NCBI GenBank assembly: GCA_964445435.1
Contig: CAYUKU010000007.1
Location: 3,653-67,652, forward strand
Length of the DNA: 64,000 nt
Direction of reading: 5' to 3'
Source of the DNA: an uncultured Gammaproteobacteria bacterium
Lineage (GTDB): Bacteria > Patescibacteriota > Microgenomatia > UBA10105 > UBA927
Positions 37,493-45,845 of the stretch are shown one piece after another. The first letter of the stretch is position 1; each line of letters opens with the position of its first letter. A program made the translations under genes and the position numbers. The notes below the pieces were generated by a model. The model made no database searches. It worked only from the letters and a program-made list of their open reading frames with translations, and was not told the DNA's origin.

Positions 37493-37504
37493 TGTTAAAG
37501 AGCA
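37493..37504 (-). promoter_or_regulatory. boxA antitermination-like element TGCTCTTTAACA
   Basis: Exact match to the canonical rrn boxA, downstream of TTGACA-17-TATACT (37591-37563). Confidence 0.55.
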
Positions 37505-37632
37505 TGCTCGTTTCAGATTGTCCAGGCCGCAAATAGGGCATGGTATCCTAACGAGGAAAGATAGTATACTATAAGCCTATAGTTTTGTCAAGTGGGCTAC
37601 TATACGAATAACACAGTGTAAATGGGAGCTTG

Positions 37633-40182
37633 TTACGCAGGTTTGGCTTCAAGGGCGTCGGCTATCTCATCGGCTGCTGCAAGCGTCATATCCAGGAACC
37701 GTTCTTCCATATCCAACTCGCCTGCGATACAGAGAACTTTCAGCCCTTCAAACAATTCTCGGTTACGCATGAGTACTTCGGTGATGATAAGCGTCGAGGA
37801 GATACCGTACTTGCTGGTCGGTTTGTAGAGATCGCGGCGGGCCACAGCACAGGCCTCAAGGGCGTCCTGGGCCATGCGCCGGTACTCTGCCGTCCGATTG
37901 GCGTCTCCCTGGCCAAGCTGCTTCACCGTCTTCTCGATGGCAGGCAGCATGGCCTTGCGGTCATAAATACGCAGGTTATCGATAAGTTCAGGCGTGGCCT
38001 TGTTGCGCATATCAACCGATATACTGGTGCCGTCTTTGCGTTTGATCAGATATGTGGCGATGCCGCCTGCAAAGACGATTTCCCGGTGCCAGGTCTCAGC
38101 AGAGGTGAATCCGCCCATGACGGCAACTTGCTGTTCATTTCCGTCTAACTCTTCAATGACCTGAGAATCACCGAGGTGTGAATTTTGGATTCGGATCAGG
38201 GAATCGTCAAAGAGCGCTTGGTCGTCTGCCTCCATGAACATTTTCCGGGCGTTTGCGGCGGTAGCCTCAGCAACAAACCGGAATTTTTGGGTTGATTCCT
38301 GAAGGACGGTAAGAATGGTGAAATCCAGAAGCCAGTCAAGCCCGTATTCAGTCGTCATAAGCCGGAAAGCGTCTTCAAGCGAAGCGAGAAGTTCACTTCG
38401 GGATATATGCACCTCTTCTGCCGGTGAGCCGAAGACTTTTGCCCGCGGGTTGTCTGCCTTCCGAAATGCGTACGTGTGGGTCGCGTTTACGACCGCATCG
38501 GCCATATTGGGCATCAGCGCAAGCTGGAGTCGCGCGCGGGGGTCGCGCGGGAGCATGCAGACAGCCATAGGGCCGAAAAACTGCCGGGTCATAAGATCGA
38601 TAAACTTGGTGCTGTTCATTTTTGCCGCCGCAAGCCGGTTAAGAAGCGCCTTCTCTGCCCGTTTCGAGAGCGGGTCGTTGGCAAGGATTCCCTGGATTTT
38701 CGCCTCCGCCTTCGTGTACCACGCGGTGTTCATGGCACTGGCGGCCCGGTCGAGTCTTGCCACCTGCTGGGGGGTAAGCTCGGTATGAACGGTAACGTCT
38801 GAGAGATGGAGTGCGTAGACAAGCTCGTTGAGAGCCCGGTCTTCCAGATAATCCAGTTTCTGGGGGTCGCTGCTGAGATTGTTTTGGATTTTCCGTCGCA
38901 GCGCCCATAGGCGCCAATATCCCGGCACGTCGTTGTCCTGCACAGGCGGGAACCATTCAATCTCAAGCTCTCGGGGCGGCGGCGTTTTCGTGGCCCCCAC
39001 GGCGCGGGCAAGGGCCAGTGTCATCGCTTTCCCCGGCACACCGTCGACTGAGGCATGGCTCCAGTAGAGCTCGGCCCTGTTTTTGTCCAGATTGTAGTGC
39101 ATATGGACGACTGATTGTCCCGATCTGGTGTGCTCGAAAAGCTCTGAATCGACAGTCGTCCCGTGCCCCGCAGATATACTCATAATCGGGCCGTCTTCGT
39201 TCATGTTCGGCGTTTTGGGCGCGGTTTTCCATGCGTACAGGCCGCCGAAAAGATGTTCGCCGTGCGCGCTAAGTAATCCTTCTAAAATGTTCGGAGGCAG
39301 CTCGAGCAGCTTGTTGATCGGCACATCGACATACTGAAGCGTGCCGGTTTGGGCGTTTTCCCGCCAGACGCGGACAGGCATGGTGGCAAAGGATTCAAAT
39401 TCACGGTAGTGCGTTTTTCCGCGTATGGTGCGCGTCAGGACATCGATGGGCGATGCGTGTTTGGCATGAGACAGGGTGATATGACGAAGGTGTTTTTGGT
39501 TGCCCCAGAGTTCTCCTTTTTCCGCTTTGGCCAGATGATTTTTCCCGTCGTCTGCCACGGCTTGCCGTCCTGTCGTGTCGGGAGGATTGGGGTGAAAGGG
39601 GATGTGTTCCGTGGCTCGCTCCGCGGCGTTCTGCGCGAATATAAGCGATCCTGCGGCAAGCATCTGCTGGAGCTCCTGCGCTCCTGCGGTTTTTGTATGC
39701 CGGTCAGGGTAGAGAAGCGTGCGCCACACGCCTCCGCGTCCGACGAGCGTCTCAAATATCCGGGGCGGCTTCTCGCGGCTCTGGCGAAGCATCGACGCGT
39801 TCCAGGAATACCGGGGGTCTGCTTCCTCTCCCAGAATGTATTTCTCGACCACGACAATCGCGTCGCGGATGAAATCGTCTGAAAATCCCGATTCGTCGAT
39901 GTGGTTCATGCGGCAGTATTGGGAGAAGATTACACGGGCGACGTGGTGGTCGCGATCTTCATCAAGAACCAGATCCTCGTTCAGAAGTACCATGCTTTGC
40001 TTGAGCATCTTTATGTTTGAAAACGTGCCGTCTTCATCGCCTTCGGTGAGCTCATCTGCGTGACGGACAAGCCAGCGGATCGCCTCCCGGTCAGTTGCGA
40101 GGTTCTTATAAAACGGGTCGGTCTCATGCACTGCGCTGGCTGAGGCTTCGTAAATAAGAGATGTTTCCGCTGGTGCTGGCAT
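37633..40182 (-). CDS. Large hypothetical protein with HxxxDG acyltransferase-like motif
   Basis: ELYWSHASVDGVPG. Confidence 0.6.
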   Translation of the reverse strand: MPAPAETSLIYEASASAVHETDPFYKNLATDREAIRWLVRHADELTEGDEDGTFSNIKMLKQSMVLLNEDLVLDEDRDHHVARVIFSQYCRMNHIDESGFSDDFIRDAIVVVEKYILGEEADPRYSWNASMLRQSREKPPRIFETLVGRGGVWRTLLYPDRHTKTAGAQELQQMLAAGSLIFAQNAAERATEHIPFHPNPPDTTGRQAVADDGKNHLAKAEKGELWGNQKHLRHITLSHAKHASPIDVLTRTIRGKTHYREFESFATMPVRVWRENAQTGTLQYVDVPINKLLELPPNILEGLLSAHGEHLFGGLYAWKTAPKTPNMNEDGPIMSISAGHGTTVDSELFEHTRSGQSVVHMHYNLDKNRAELYWSHASVDGVPGKAMTLALARAVGATKTPPPRELEIEWFPPVQDNDVPGYWRLWALRRKIQNNLSSDPQKLDYLEDRALNELVYALHLSDVTVHTELTPQQVARLDRAASAMNTAWYTKAEAKIQGILANDPLSKRAEKALLNRLAAAKMNSTKFIDLMTRQFFGPMAVCMLPRDPRARLQLALMPNMADAVVNATHTYAFRKADNPRAKVFGSPAEEVHISRSELLASLEDAFRLMTTEYGLDWLLDFTILTVLQESTQKFRFVAEATAANARKMFMEADDQALFDDSLIRIQNSHLGDSQVIEELDGNEQQVAVMGGFTSAETWHREIVFAGGIATYLIKRKDGTSISVDMRNKATPELIDNLRIYDRKAMLPAIEKTVKQLGQGDANRTAEYRRMAQDALEACAVARRDLYKPTSKYGISSTLIITEVLMRNRELFEGLKVLCIAGELDMEERFLDMTLAAADEIADALEAKPA

Positions 40183-40202
40183 ACGAGGATAATTTTATTG
40201 TA

Positions 40203-42839
40203 CTACACGGAATCTTCATACATTGCGGCGTCTTGTTGCGCGTAGCGCTTTAGCCAGAAGAAGAGCCACAGCCGCAGCCGTCGATGCCACGGAAGACGGA
40301 AGAGTTTGCGCTCGTTTCTCCATGCGTAGTATGCCTGCATTGCGTCACCATAGGTTTCCTGCATGCCGAAGACAACGCGGATAAGCGGGTAGCGGCCTTC
40401 GGTGTGATTAAACAGCCGGTCTCTGTGGAACCGTTCGTCATCGAGTTTTTTCTTCACCATGTCCTCGAGGCTTGGAAAGTGTTGCATTTCCACCTGAAAC
40501 ATGGCGCCTGAGTTCTCGTGCATTTCCATCACGTACTTGATCCATTCCCATTTTTCTTTCGAGCTTGCGCTGCCTTTCTGCTGGCCTTCGATATCAAGGA
40601 GGCCCTCCATGGTGCTGGAAACGCGGCCTTTGTATAAACGAAAGACGGGATGTTGGGTTTCCCTGTCTGCGGTAACCTGGATCATGAGGGCGTTTAAGAT
40701 AAGTTGAGATGCCCAGCGCTGCCAATGGCGGGTGATTTCTTGGGCCATTGCCTGAGCGATGAGCGGGTGTCTCTGGTAGAGCTGTTGTTCAAATCTATGC
40801 AGGTCAAGGCCGATCATAAAGCCGAAGATATCGCTCATATCTTCATCCGGGGATTCGATGCCGCCGCGCTCCAAGTCTTTGCGGTATGCTGAATATTCGT
40901 CTTTTACCCGTACCGAGAAGGCAAGCGGGATATCAAATTCAGAAAGATCAATGCCAAAGATAGTGATTGGCGGAATATCGATGAGATGCTTAAACATATG
41001 TATTTTTTCCGGTGGGATAATATGGTGGTCAAATGTTCCCGCGGCTGTTCGAATCGTGCCTACACGGTCTCCCAGAAGCGTATCCATGGCGCTTCGCAAG
41101 GGTTTTATGTGGGTGCCTGTCTTTGCGGTTACCATTTGATCGACTTGGTCAATCCTGATCATTTCGCACAATTTGCGCATCGCGGCGTTGCGCTCTGAGT
41201 TATTGATCGGTTGTCCTGTATACTGACTCATGCCAAACATCCGCATGACAAGCTCTGGAATTTCCTGCGTGGTTGAGCCCAACGCATTGGGACGAAGGTT
41301 TGTCAGGATTGCAGGGTTTACTGTCTTTTTGAGCGGCTCAAACTGCTGAAGCAGAAAGCCTTCTACTTTTTGGCTCAGTTTTCCTAATTTAATTGGATCA
41401 CCGATTACATGAACACCTGTTTCCGGGTCTGGATTGCAGTAACGCTGGGTCAAGCGTTGCTTGATGCCTTCATAGGCGGGAGGATTCGTTTTTTCCATGG
41501 TGAGGAATTGGCACAAGTTTTTCACGACTGTCGCGTACCAGCCTTCTTGCGCGGTGTTGACGTTGAATGTTTCACATACGGTGTCAACGATATGTTTAAG
41601 CGGTGGGCACCGTGCGATGAGCTCATAATCATGTTTGCTCCAGTGCTGGAGCTCAGAGAGCATGTGGGCAAGAAGCAGGGGAAATTGTGGTCCGGTTTCC
41701 GCGTAATACTCAACCGACAGGTCTTGTGCAACCCATCGTGTGGCGGTGCTGAGGTCTTGGATGAGCTTCATGCGGCTTTTCAGGCGGTGCTCGGATACTC
41801 CCAGAGCTTTTAGACGACCAAATAATTTCTGATCGACATATAGATTCGGGAAGTTAGTTTTGTCGGAATACGATTTCTCAATGTTATGAAGGATTCTTTT
41901 CATCGTCGTAAGCTGACGGATCGCATCCTGTTGGGAAGCCGGATCAGGGCGTCGCAAGAGTATCGTTATTTGCCTTTGTTCAGATTTCCGCAGTTGATGA
42001 TCAGGGACGGATTCCAGATAGGATAAGACCCTGCGCATCGTCTGTGCTTCATAGATGTATGCTTCTGCTTCAACTGCAGCTTTGAAGCGTGCGATTTCGG
42101 TAGGATCTGATATGACATGTGCTTTTTTCCGTCTCTGCGCGGAACTAGAAAGGCTGTCAACGAGGGTAAATACCCGTCCGTCACCGTGGTGATAGATCGT
42201 TTCCGTCTCAAAGAGACTGGATACGCGTGATGGCGTAAGTTGGAGGACGTTCTGCAGTTTGTCTTGGGGGTCGAAAAAATGCACACGGTCGTGCGGCGCG
42301 GCACGGGCAACCACAAGGTGCGTCGTGTTTTTCAGGCGGCCCGGCTTTTTCGTATCTGGAAGACGCGGGTGGTCAAACGAATAGGTGTAGGTGATATTGT
42401 CCAGAATTTTTGGTCGGTGGGCGACGAGATGGACTTCTTCAAACGCCTCGTTTCGGGCGGCTTTTATGATGTCCTTCGCCTTGATGGGGTGCGTGGGGTC
42501 AACCTGCCTTCCGCCGCCGCCGACTAAGATGACTTGGTTGGGGTTGACGACGTTTTGCCCAGCCGCCTTCACTTCCCAAATCATGGTGGTAACCTCAGGG
42601 AGCGGACTTGATGCTTCATGGAGGATGTAATGTTCCAGCTTTTCTCCTTGAAGCGAAGTTTTGTCTGCAAGCAGTTGAGTGAGTGCCTCGTTGGAAGGCA
42701 ACATATGCTCCAAGATCATGGCTGGTTCCATACGCATCAACGCGATGCGTACCGTATCCTGGTGGTATTCGTGTTCGCGCCGTTCAGCCTGAAATGTCCG
42801 TTCGGCGGCGCTTTGTGTTACTACTACTGCTTCTTTCAT
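40203..42839 (-). CDS. Nudix-like domain fused to a RelA/SpoT synthetase-like domain
   Basis: GGGRQVD...AARNEAFEEVHL; RVKDEYSAYRK, DIFG, VEMQ. Confidence 0.7.
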   Translation of the reverse strand: MKEAVVVTQSAAERTFQAERREHEYHQDTVRIALMRMEPAMILEHMLPSNEALTQLLADKTSLQGEKLEHYILHEASSPLPEVTTMIWEVKAAGQNVVNPNQVILVGGGGRQVDPTHPIKAKDIIKAARNEAFEEVHLVAHRPKILDNITYTYSFDHPRLPDTKKPGRLKNTTHLVVARAAPHDRVHFFDPQDKLQNVLQLTPSRVSSLFETETIYHHGDGRVFTLVDSLSSSAQRRKKAHVISDPTEIARFKAAVEAEAYIYEAQTMRRVLSYLESVPDHQLRKSEQRQITILLRRPDPASQQDAIRQLTTMKRILHNIEKSYSDKTNFPNLYVDQKLFGRLKALGVSEHRLKSRMKLIQDLSTATRWVAQDLSVEYYAETGPQFPLLLAHMLSELQHWSKHDYELIARCPPLKHIVDTVCETFNVNTAQEGWYATVVKNLCQFLTMEKTNPPAYEGIKQRLTQRYCNPDPETGVHVIGDPIKLGKLSQKVEGFLLQQFEPLKKTVNPAILTNLRPNALGSTTQEIPELVMRMFGMSQYTGQPINNSERNAAMRKLCEMIRIDQVDQMVTAKTGTHIKPLRSAMDTLLGDRVGTIRTAAGTFDHHIIPPEKIHMFKHLIDIPPITIFGIDLSEFDIPLAFSVRVKDEYSAYRKDLERGGIESPDEDMSDIFGFMIGLDLHRFEQQLYQRHPLIAQAMAQEITRHWQRWASQLILNALMIQVTADRETQHPVFRLYKGRVSSTMEGLLDIEGQQKGSASSKEKWEWIKYVMEMHENSGAMFQVEMQHFPSLEDMVKKKLDDERFHRDRLFNHTEGRYPLIRVVFGMQETYGDAMQAYYAWRNERKLFRLPWHRRLRLWLFFWLKRYAQQDAAMYEDSV

Positions 42840-42847
42840 AGATTCCT

Positions 42848-42871
42848 AAAAAGAAACCCCCTTGCGGGGGT
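42848..42871 (-). terminator. Attenuator terminator upstream of the Nudix-RelA/SpoT gene
   Basis: ACCCCC-GCAA-GGGGGT-TTCTTTTT ending 8 nt before ATG. Confidence 0.75.
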
Positions 42872-42907
42872 GATCGTTCTGCTTGGCTTTTGTTTCTCTT
42901 GTGCCGT

Positions 42908-42988
42908 TTAGACCACGTCCCCGCTGCCGACCCTAATAAGGGATCGGAAATACGTTAGGACAGTAATCTGTGTGTTTCTCAGAACCAT
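42908..42988 (-). CDS. Putative 26-aa leader peptide MVLRNTQITVLTYFRSLIRVGSGDVV
   Basis: 9 nt after TTGCCA-18-TATAAT (43027-42998); its 3' end overlaps the antiterminator strand. Confidence 0.55.
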   Translation of the reverse strand: MVLRNTQITVLTYFRSLIRVGSGDVV

Positions 42989-43048
42989 GATTGGGAAATT
43001 ATAGCCAAGTCATGCCTGTTTTGGCAAGTTAATGTGTGATAACCCACC

Positions 43049-43080
43049 AAAAACCCCGCCGGTGAGGCGGGGGGGTGTTT
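43049..43080 (-). terminator. Intrinsic terminator
   Basis: CCCCGCC...GGCGGGG with a T tract on the minus strand. Confidence 0.6.
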
Positions 43081-43277
43081 CCTGGCGATGAAAACAGTGT
43101 GGGAGAGATATCAATTCCGAATTAATCGGGACTGGTGAAACTCCCACACATGCAGACAATCACAGCGACGTAAAAACGTCTTTTCCCTGCAGGGCGCATG
43201 TCTGAAAGTTTCGTTGGTCCCAATCGGATTCCTCTCCGGGCGAAGTTGAGGGGATTGGGTGGATGCGGCTTGGTGCG

Positions 43278-43712
43278 CTACGCTGTGCCTGTTGACGTAG
43301 GCTTGGTGAAGGCAACGTACGCTGCCCACCCACCCAGAACTGTCACCATCGCGGTCATTGCCAGTACCCTCCATCCTTCGATGAGACTGAAGGAATAAGG
43401 TTCAGCGAGACCAGTGGCGGCGATTTGTCCCAGGAGGTACAAGCCCATCAGGACGGCGAATGCGCCAGGCAGAAACACAATCCAGCGCGCGAGTCTTGGG
43501 GCGTCGGGGAGATTTGCCCAAGGCAACACCGCGATGATTGTCCCAAGTGCCATGCCCATGGTGCTTGCCAGAAGGTATAGATTGCCGTTGTTCACGACAT
43601 AAACTATAGCGTCATCGAGCCATGCGACCACTGCATTCATCGCGAAGATTGTGCCCATCGCGGACATGATTCCGCCGACAAGACTGGCAAGTGTTTTCGC
43701 TGCGTTTGTCAT
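43278..43712 (-). CDS. Four-TM membrane protein
   Basis: AAGGAG SD before MTNAAK; TTGACA-17-TACAGT at 43995-43967. Confidence 0.75.
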   Translation of the reverse strand: MTNAAKTLASLVGGIMSAMGTIFAMNAVVAWLDDAIVYVVNNGNLYLLASTMGMALGTIIAVLPWANLPDAPRLARWIVFLPGAFAVLMGLYLLGQIAATGLAEPYSFSLIEGWRVLAMTAMVTVLGGWAAYVAFTKPTSTGTA

Positions 43713-43999
43713 TTGTTCGCTCCTTTCTCTAGGATCTTCATGGGTCGCCCACGGCCCGCGCCGTTCTTCTTGCCCATGAATTGGTGGAATTGACCGCTTC
43801 CGGTGCTTCTTGCATGCGGTCAGGGAGGTGATCTGTCTTGAAAGAGATGATCGTAACAGATCGTCTGTTTCATCCAGATCGCCTCTGACCTGCAGGAATT
43901 GTGAAGGTGCCAGGAACCTGTTTGGCCGAAAAAAGAGCTGCATACGGCTCTCAATCGGTAGCCAGGACTGTATCACTATGAGCCAATATTGTCAAAAAG

Positions 44000-44032
44000 T
44001 TAGCTTCGCAAGGCCAGGCCTTGCGAAGCTAA
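44000..44032 (-). repeat. REP-like palindrome family B, copy 4
   Basis: TTAGCTTCGCAAGGCCAGGCCTTGCGAAGCTAA. Confidence 0.92.
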
Positions 44033-44218
44033 AAAATAACCCCTTGGTTGTCCGCTGGAGGACAAAAGGGGTTAAGTCTGCTGCCGCAGGTTTAGCGGTA
44101 CGGGAGAGATTTCCCTTCCGCATTGCGGAAGGGGAGAAACTCCCGTACACCGTGCATCAATCTCAAAACAGCTTTACAGCTGCCGCATCGGGTGGAGTTT
44201 CGACGTTGAACGGGACAG

Positions 44219-44326
44219 TCAGCCAAAAAAGACGGGCCAACTGGCTAAGACTGCAGCGGCGAGGCTCAGGAGGGCGATTATGAATAGGACGATCATGGCG
44301 ATCGTTCGCTTGCCAAGGCTATCCAT
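44219..44326 (-). CDS. 35-aa single-TM micropeptide
   Basis: MDSLGKRTIAMIVLFIIALLSLAAAVLASWPVFFG; GGAG SD; overlaps the upstream stop. Confidence 0.6.
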   Translation of the reverse strand: MDSLGKRTIAMIVLFIIALLSLAAAVLASWPVFFG

Positions 44327-44435
44327 AGCGTCTCCGTGTCCGACGGAATCGTTTTGCAAGCCTGACTGCCGCAACAATAAGCAATATCAGGCCGCTGATG
44401 CCCGCGGGAATAGCAACCATAACGAGCGGATTCAT
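44319..44435 (-). CDS. 38-aa single-TM micropeptide with Arg-rich tail
   Basis: MNPLVMVAIPAGISGLILLIVAAVRLAKRFRRTRRRYG; GGAGG SD. Confidence 0.65.
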   Translation of the reverse strand: MNPLVMVAIPAGISGLILLIVAAVRLAKRFRRTRRRYG

Positions 44436-44439
44436 GGCT

Positions 44440-44574
44440 TTATTCCTCCGGCGGTTGACTACGCAGGGCTTTGAGGTCCTTCAACAGACCGATGCCAAGC
44501 ACGATCATCGCGGCTGCAAAGCCGATGATGAGTGCCTTGCCCTGCCATGGCATCTCGATAAACCACTGAACCAT
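44440..44574 (-). CDS. 44-aa single-TM micropeptide
   Basis: MVQWFIEMPWQGKALIIGFAAAMIVLGIGLLKDLKALRSQPPEE; AAGGAGG SD. Confidence 0.65.
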   Translation of the reverse strand: MVQWFIEMPWQGKALIIGFAAAMIVLGIGLLKDLKALRSQPPEE

Positions 44575-44583
44575 GCTGCCTCC

Positions 44584-44715
44584 TTATTTCTGGGCAAGCT
44601 CACGGACTCTCGCAAGTCCATCAGCCTGTGGGTTGCGGCTGGGGGCGTTCATAATCGCGCGGATGAGAAATCCGGCGATGACCCCAACCAGGACGAACGG
44701 GAACATTTTCTTCAT
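44584..44715 (-). CDS. 43-aa single-TM micropeptide
   Basis: MKKMFPFVLVGVIAGFLIRAIMNAPSRNPQADGLARVRELAQK; AGGAG SD. Confidence 0.65.
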   Translation of the reverse strand: MKKMFPFVLVGVIAGFLIRAIMNAPSRNPQADGLARVRELAQK

Positions 44716-44851
44716 AAGCAACTCCTCTTTTGAAATTTGACGTTCCGGAGAAAAGCCAGATTAAGCTTCTCACCGGAACGCCAAATATCCCAAAATGCGT
44801 GAAATTGTCAACGTGCGACAGCAAACACGCCGGATTATATCAAACTTCGAA

Positions 44852-44883
44852 TTCAAAGCTAAGCTTTGAAATTATCTAGAGCG
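44852..44883 (+). repeat. REP-like palindrome family A, copy 7
   Basis: TTCAAAGCTAAGCTTTGAA-ATTATCTAGAGCG. Confidence 0.9.
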
Positions 44884-45002
44884 TGGGGACAGGCTGAAAA
44901 ATATGCGAAGGGGCTATTTTAGATAATAATTTTCAGCGATCGAAGGATGGGAAGAAGGACTTCCCGCCTCCTCGGCGGGTCGCCCGGTGAGGCGACAAAC
45001 GG

Positions 45003-45656
45003 TTAAAGTATTATCTTAAGACTCCTGAGAATCGGGAGTAATACTTCAAACGGCAGGCCGATGACGTTGGTGTAGCTGCCGTCGAGCTTCGTGACCAGAT
45101 CCCACGGCGCTTCATTGAGCGCATACCCTGCGGCAAACCTCGTGAAGTCGAAGCGGGTAATGTAGCTTTCGATCTCGGTTGCATTCATCTTGCGGAAGGT
45201 GACTTTCGTCGTGACAGACTTCTCCCAGGTTTTTTTCACCTTCTCCCCCTGCATGAGGATAACGTGCACGGCAGTCGTGAAGGAATGCGTCTTGCCCATG
45301 AGTGCTTTGAGGATTTCGCGGGTGTTCTCGCGGTCCGTGGATTTGCCGAACGTTTTGGCGCCCAGGATGGCCATGGAATCGGCCGCGACGATGAGTGATT
45401 CGCGCTCTTCCGGGATGCTGTAGACGCGCGGGTGGTTGGCCACTTCCAGAGCTTTCGCGGCGGCGCGCTTCTTGATCATCGTTTCAGGCTTTTTGTCCAC
45501 GATTTTGTCCTCGTCGATGCGGGCAACGGCCACACGGAAGCGGACTCCGAGTTTCTCCAGAAGCTGGCGTCGGCCGATGGACTGGGAGGCCAGGATGACA
45601 TCCGGCTTGGGCGGTTCAGGCGGGGGAGCGTTTTTGGAGGCAAAAGATAATTTCAT
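45003..45656 (-). CDS. maf: Maf family nucleoside triphosphate pyrophosphatase
   Basis: VILASQSIGRRQLL, AAAKA, VAADS, AAGY, GSYTNVIGLP. Confidence 0.9.
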   Translation of the reverse strand: MKLSFASKNAPPPEPPKPDVILASQSIGRRQLLEKLGVRFRVAVARIDEDKIVDKKPETMIKKRAAAKALEVANHPRVYSIPEERESLIVAADSMAILGAKTFGKSTDRENTREILKALMGKTHSFTTAVHVILMQGEKVKKTWEKSVTTKVTFRKMNATEIESYITRFDFTRFAAGYALNEAPWDLVTKLDGSYTNVIGLPFEVLLPILRSLKIIL

Positions 45657-45845
45657 GCCAGCATATTTTATCAGATTCGGGATCAGAAAGCTACGAGCAG
45701 TATTGAGGCAGTAAGAGGTATTATTATATCTATTGATGTAAAAAAGTGGGGCTGTCGGTCAGAAGTGTGTGGTCTAGGAGGAAAGGAACTCCGACACTCC
45801 TGGCGACAACCCCGTGTGAGCTCGAACGAACGAATAATTCCTTTC

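Noticed and set aside
43122-43199. 25-aa minus-strand ORF MRPAGKRRFYVAVIVCMCGSFTSPD
   Set aside because: No SD or adjacent -10 box; insufficient support
44190-44225. Hammerhead ribozyme core (CTGA...CGAAAC on the minus strand)
   Set aside because: CUGANGA is not matched and no stem II closes the core
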